In this document: in pieces, positions 61,107-64,000 of the stretch
Layout of the letters: every line of letters begins with the position of its first letter
How positions within the stretch are numbered: position 1 is the first letter of the stretch
NCBI GenBank assembly: GCA_900088475.1
Contig: FLMG01000335.1
Location: forward strand, 186,001-250,000
Direction of reading: 5' to 3'
DNA: 64,000 nucleotides
Source: Hyphochytrium catenoides
Lineage: Eukaryota > Protista > Hyphochytriomycota
The notes under the pieces: generated by a model
The model's input: the letters and a program-made list of their open reading frames with translations, nothing else
What the model was told of the DNA's origin: nothing
The model's database searches: none
Program-made: the position numbers and the translations under genes

Positions 61107-62173
61107 CAAAACCATTCAGAAGGGAGAAAGACTAGAGCAGTCGAGGCACAGTCCAATAGTAGTGGGCGACAAGGGGTCTGCTGTCTTCTCACCAACTGTA
61201 TTCCAGAGAGAGAGAGGGATGCGCTAAAGTACCCGGATAGGTATGGACAGCCAAAGGAAATAGCGGAAATGACAGAGCACCGATCTGCAGCAGAGCACAG
61301 ATCTGCCAGGAAGATCACATCTTCTCTCCTCAAGGCCCTTCAAGGGCGGCAACCCACCGCAATGCCGCAATGTACCGCCGAAAAAAGTTAGAAGAACTGG
61401 GCAAGCGCCATTACTACTCAAGTTCCTTATAACAACAACTACAGCATGGCAGTGAATGGCCGCCTGTAATATGATAAAAAGCGCAACAAGATGTTTGCTG
61501 TAAGGCGCGCTGTGCACGTTGTAGCACTAGCCGTTATATCCTCTTGGATCGCTGGTTGAAGAAGCAGCAGCACAAAAAATAGAAAAAGGCGACAGTGGAC
61601 GATCAATAAGGTTAGAAGAAAGAGGAAGGTCATCTGGAGAAGATCTGCAGAAACTCCTCTGTCGTTCAAAGGAAGATTGGGAAAGTGGAGGCTCCCAAAC
61701 CTGCAGCAGCAGCCAATTCTCTTCACTCACTAGTTAGTACGAGTAGTCTCTTCATTGTGACAAACGAATCTCTGTGCGTTATGTGTGGCATTATGGCCAG
61801 GACAGTAGCTGAGTCTCGGTCTCGGGTATCTATCTCCTTGATTGAATAGCATGTGGAATTGACGAGTGGCTGTCAAACTGCAGTTTGAGAAAGCGATGCT
61901 GGAGCTTCGTTCGGGCATTTCCCTATCTTGCTTAACAGAGATATTACTCACTCCTGTCCGTCCCCGTATTCCCTGCTGAGTCATTAGAGCTAAGAATAGG
62001 TTCGTTGCAAATCATGGCAGGGAGAATGGGGAGGAGAGGCGTCTGTAAGATTAGGTCACTAGAAAGCCAACGTGTGGGCTTTGTGTCTCTGTTAAATGAT
62101 TTCCATCCGACGAGTGCACATCAGCAAAGAGAGTTATATGTGTAGACAAGAAGCTTAAGAGTGCGGACCCCTA

Positions 62174-63601
62174 TCAATATTTAGTGTACGGTGGGAACTT
62201 ATACTTGGACACGCCCGGCCAGCCAGTCGGGACGGTCGGATAGTTGTCCACAAAGGCTTTTTCCTCCTCTTCTCTAGAAGGATAACTCTGACGACTCTCG
62301 TGGGCGTACCCGACAAAGCTACGACTGAAGAATTTCAGAGTAGCATCAATATCGGCGCTGAATGGTACCGTCTTGTTGATATTCCAGGGGAAAATCTCAG
62401 GGTGAAATTGCACAGCAAAGATTGGCAGCTTCCTGTGCTCATAGATTGAAATAAACTCTGTGCCTTCCTTATCAACGTTGGTGGCCAGTACCCTGAAATG
62501 TTCTTTGAGAGCTGGGGAGGCATTAAAGTCCTCGGGAAAGACAGCCCAATGGTGCAGATGAACCGTGGCGCTCTGTGAAGTTAGAGTATCGAGAACTGAA
62601 TCCGGAGCTTTGCTGAACAGTTTTGAATTGCGGGCTTCAGCAGTCAGGTTAAGAGAGAGTAGCAAGCCTTCCGCGTCAACAGCTTTCAGCACATCAGGGC
62701 CCGCCTCTTGAACAGCAATGACCTCGAAGCCCTGACATGTGCCCCACAAGGGGAGGAAGGTCCCTTCCTCGTTGAGCTGCTTGACCTTCTTATATATGAA
62801 TGCGGCGGTGCGGCTATATGGGTGATGCGAATAATCGGTCGTGTTGATCACCAAGCTTCCTCCAGTGAAGAAAACCCCGTTGACCTTGCTCAAGATATCT
62901 AAGATAGCCTCCTCTGGCATGTCATAAAAGATCGGCACTACATCTGCCATTCCGCTGTGTAGGTAGGGTACATAGTTGGAAAAGAAGTAGGATCCTCGAT
63001 GGGCCATCTCCTCCATTGGGTTCATTGGCATGGAAAGGACACCGATGACTGGCTTGCCATACGGCTGTGTGTGGTGACGCAGGTTGACATGGCTATTCAC
63101 GACTTGCCGTTTGGTTCTATGGTAAACTTCAGTCTCAGATCTTCTATCCGGTGCAGCGAGTCCGAAGTCAACGTAGACGCTAGATTGCACTGCCCTCTGA
63201 GCAGCTGCCCTCAGCGACAGTGGGCGATAACTCGAGACAGTGTCAGGGTGAACAGGGGCCAGCGTGGGTCTCGGAGTAAGATCTAACTTCTCCTTTCCTA
63301 CTGAGGCCGAGTTGGCAGAGGCAAACTTTAGTTCCAGTCAGTCATTCAGGACTCTGCTAATCTACTTACCCTCCCATCCTCCGGCTTCTTCTTCCGTTAT
63401 CGCCGTAAGCACAAAAAGCACCGCCAGACAAGCAAACGCGGAAAGACTAAAGAAAACATTTAGCCGCTGAATAAGTGGAGAGGCGGTGGTCCTCTCCTTG
63501 TATCTCCGTCCGTATTCCGGAGACTCCTGTATTGCTTCCTCTCTTCCACTTAGGAGATAGTGCATCTCCTCCTCCTCTAGTGAGGTTGCTACTCTCTCCA
63601 T
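62174..63601 (-). CDS. GGH: Gamma-glutamyl hydrolase (peptidase C26) with N-terminal membrane anchor; intron ~63190-63369
   Basis: KPVIGVLS, VNGVFFTGG, catalytic PLWGTCQGFE and AVQFHPE. The upstream exon with a hydrophobic helix joins in phase 1 at a CAG acceptor. Confidence 0.88.
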
Positions 63602-64000
63602 GGCTCCCGATATGTGGTCTTCTCCTACGAAGCAGAAGGAAGATACCAATATCTTCTGACCTGCCTGAGGCCTTTGCCAACAACTTGCTGTTGAAGCTCT
63701 GACGGCCTTGCTTTGCTGTAAGACTTCAACTTGGCCTTCAAGGTTCATAGTTCTATCTTCACTGCTGCAATACAAAGAGGAGGTGAAGGTGAAGATCCAA
63801 GATCCATCCTGCGAATCATCGAACAGAAAGGAACCTTTCATCAGAGACCAGCATGAACAGAGTCACAGACAGAGGTCTGAGAGATACCACAAACCGATAG
63901 ATAAGTTCTTGCGAGAACTAGCCAGAGTAGTAGAGACATGAAGACAAGAGTGAGAATCGACTGCAAGGATCAGAACACAGCTCTTTTAGCATCCTATAAA

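Noticed and set aside
1-64000. Bacterial contamination as the source of minC, era, uxa-like and phoD genes
   Set aside because: These genes are interrupted by multiple GT-AG introns and interleaved with cofilin, LIM and CTD-phosphatase genes.

Overview
A 64-kb scaffold segment from a gene-dense, intron-rich eukaryote, most plausibly a protist; the lineage cannot be fixed from the sequence. Introns are GT-AG and CT-rich on the sense strand, and there are five N gaps. By joining exons by hand I can support about 17 genes. In order they are: a cytochrome P450 (5'-truncated), a Popeye/cNMP-binding-like membrane protein, two intronless bacterial-type secreted LpqC/PHB-depolymerase-like esterases on either side of a GH27 alpha-galactosidase, a proteobacterial-type MinC with a probable mitochondrial presequence, an Era GTPase head-to-head with MinC, a CTDSPL2-like phosphatase, ADF/cofilin, a Zn-ribbon/SH3/3xLIM protein, a SAP-like repeat protein, a fused mannitol-dehydrogenase-family reductase plus uronate isomerase (UxaB/UxuB-like + UxaC-like), an FHA protein, a RUS1-family protein, PhoD, an FKBP and a gamma-glutamyl hydrolase. 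The most interesting items are the spliced reductase-isomerase fusion (a bacterial-type hexuronate pathway in one eukaryotic polypeptide), the MinC-Era divergent pair, the duplicated intronless esterases that may be horizontally acquired, and two convergent genes whose stop codons are 2 nt apart. I found no convincing rRNA, tRNA, CRISPR array or transposon. All exon joins are manual inferences and no database search was run.
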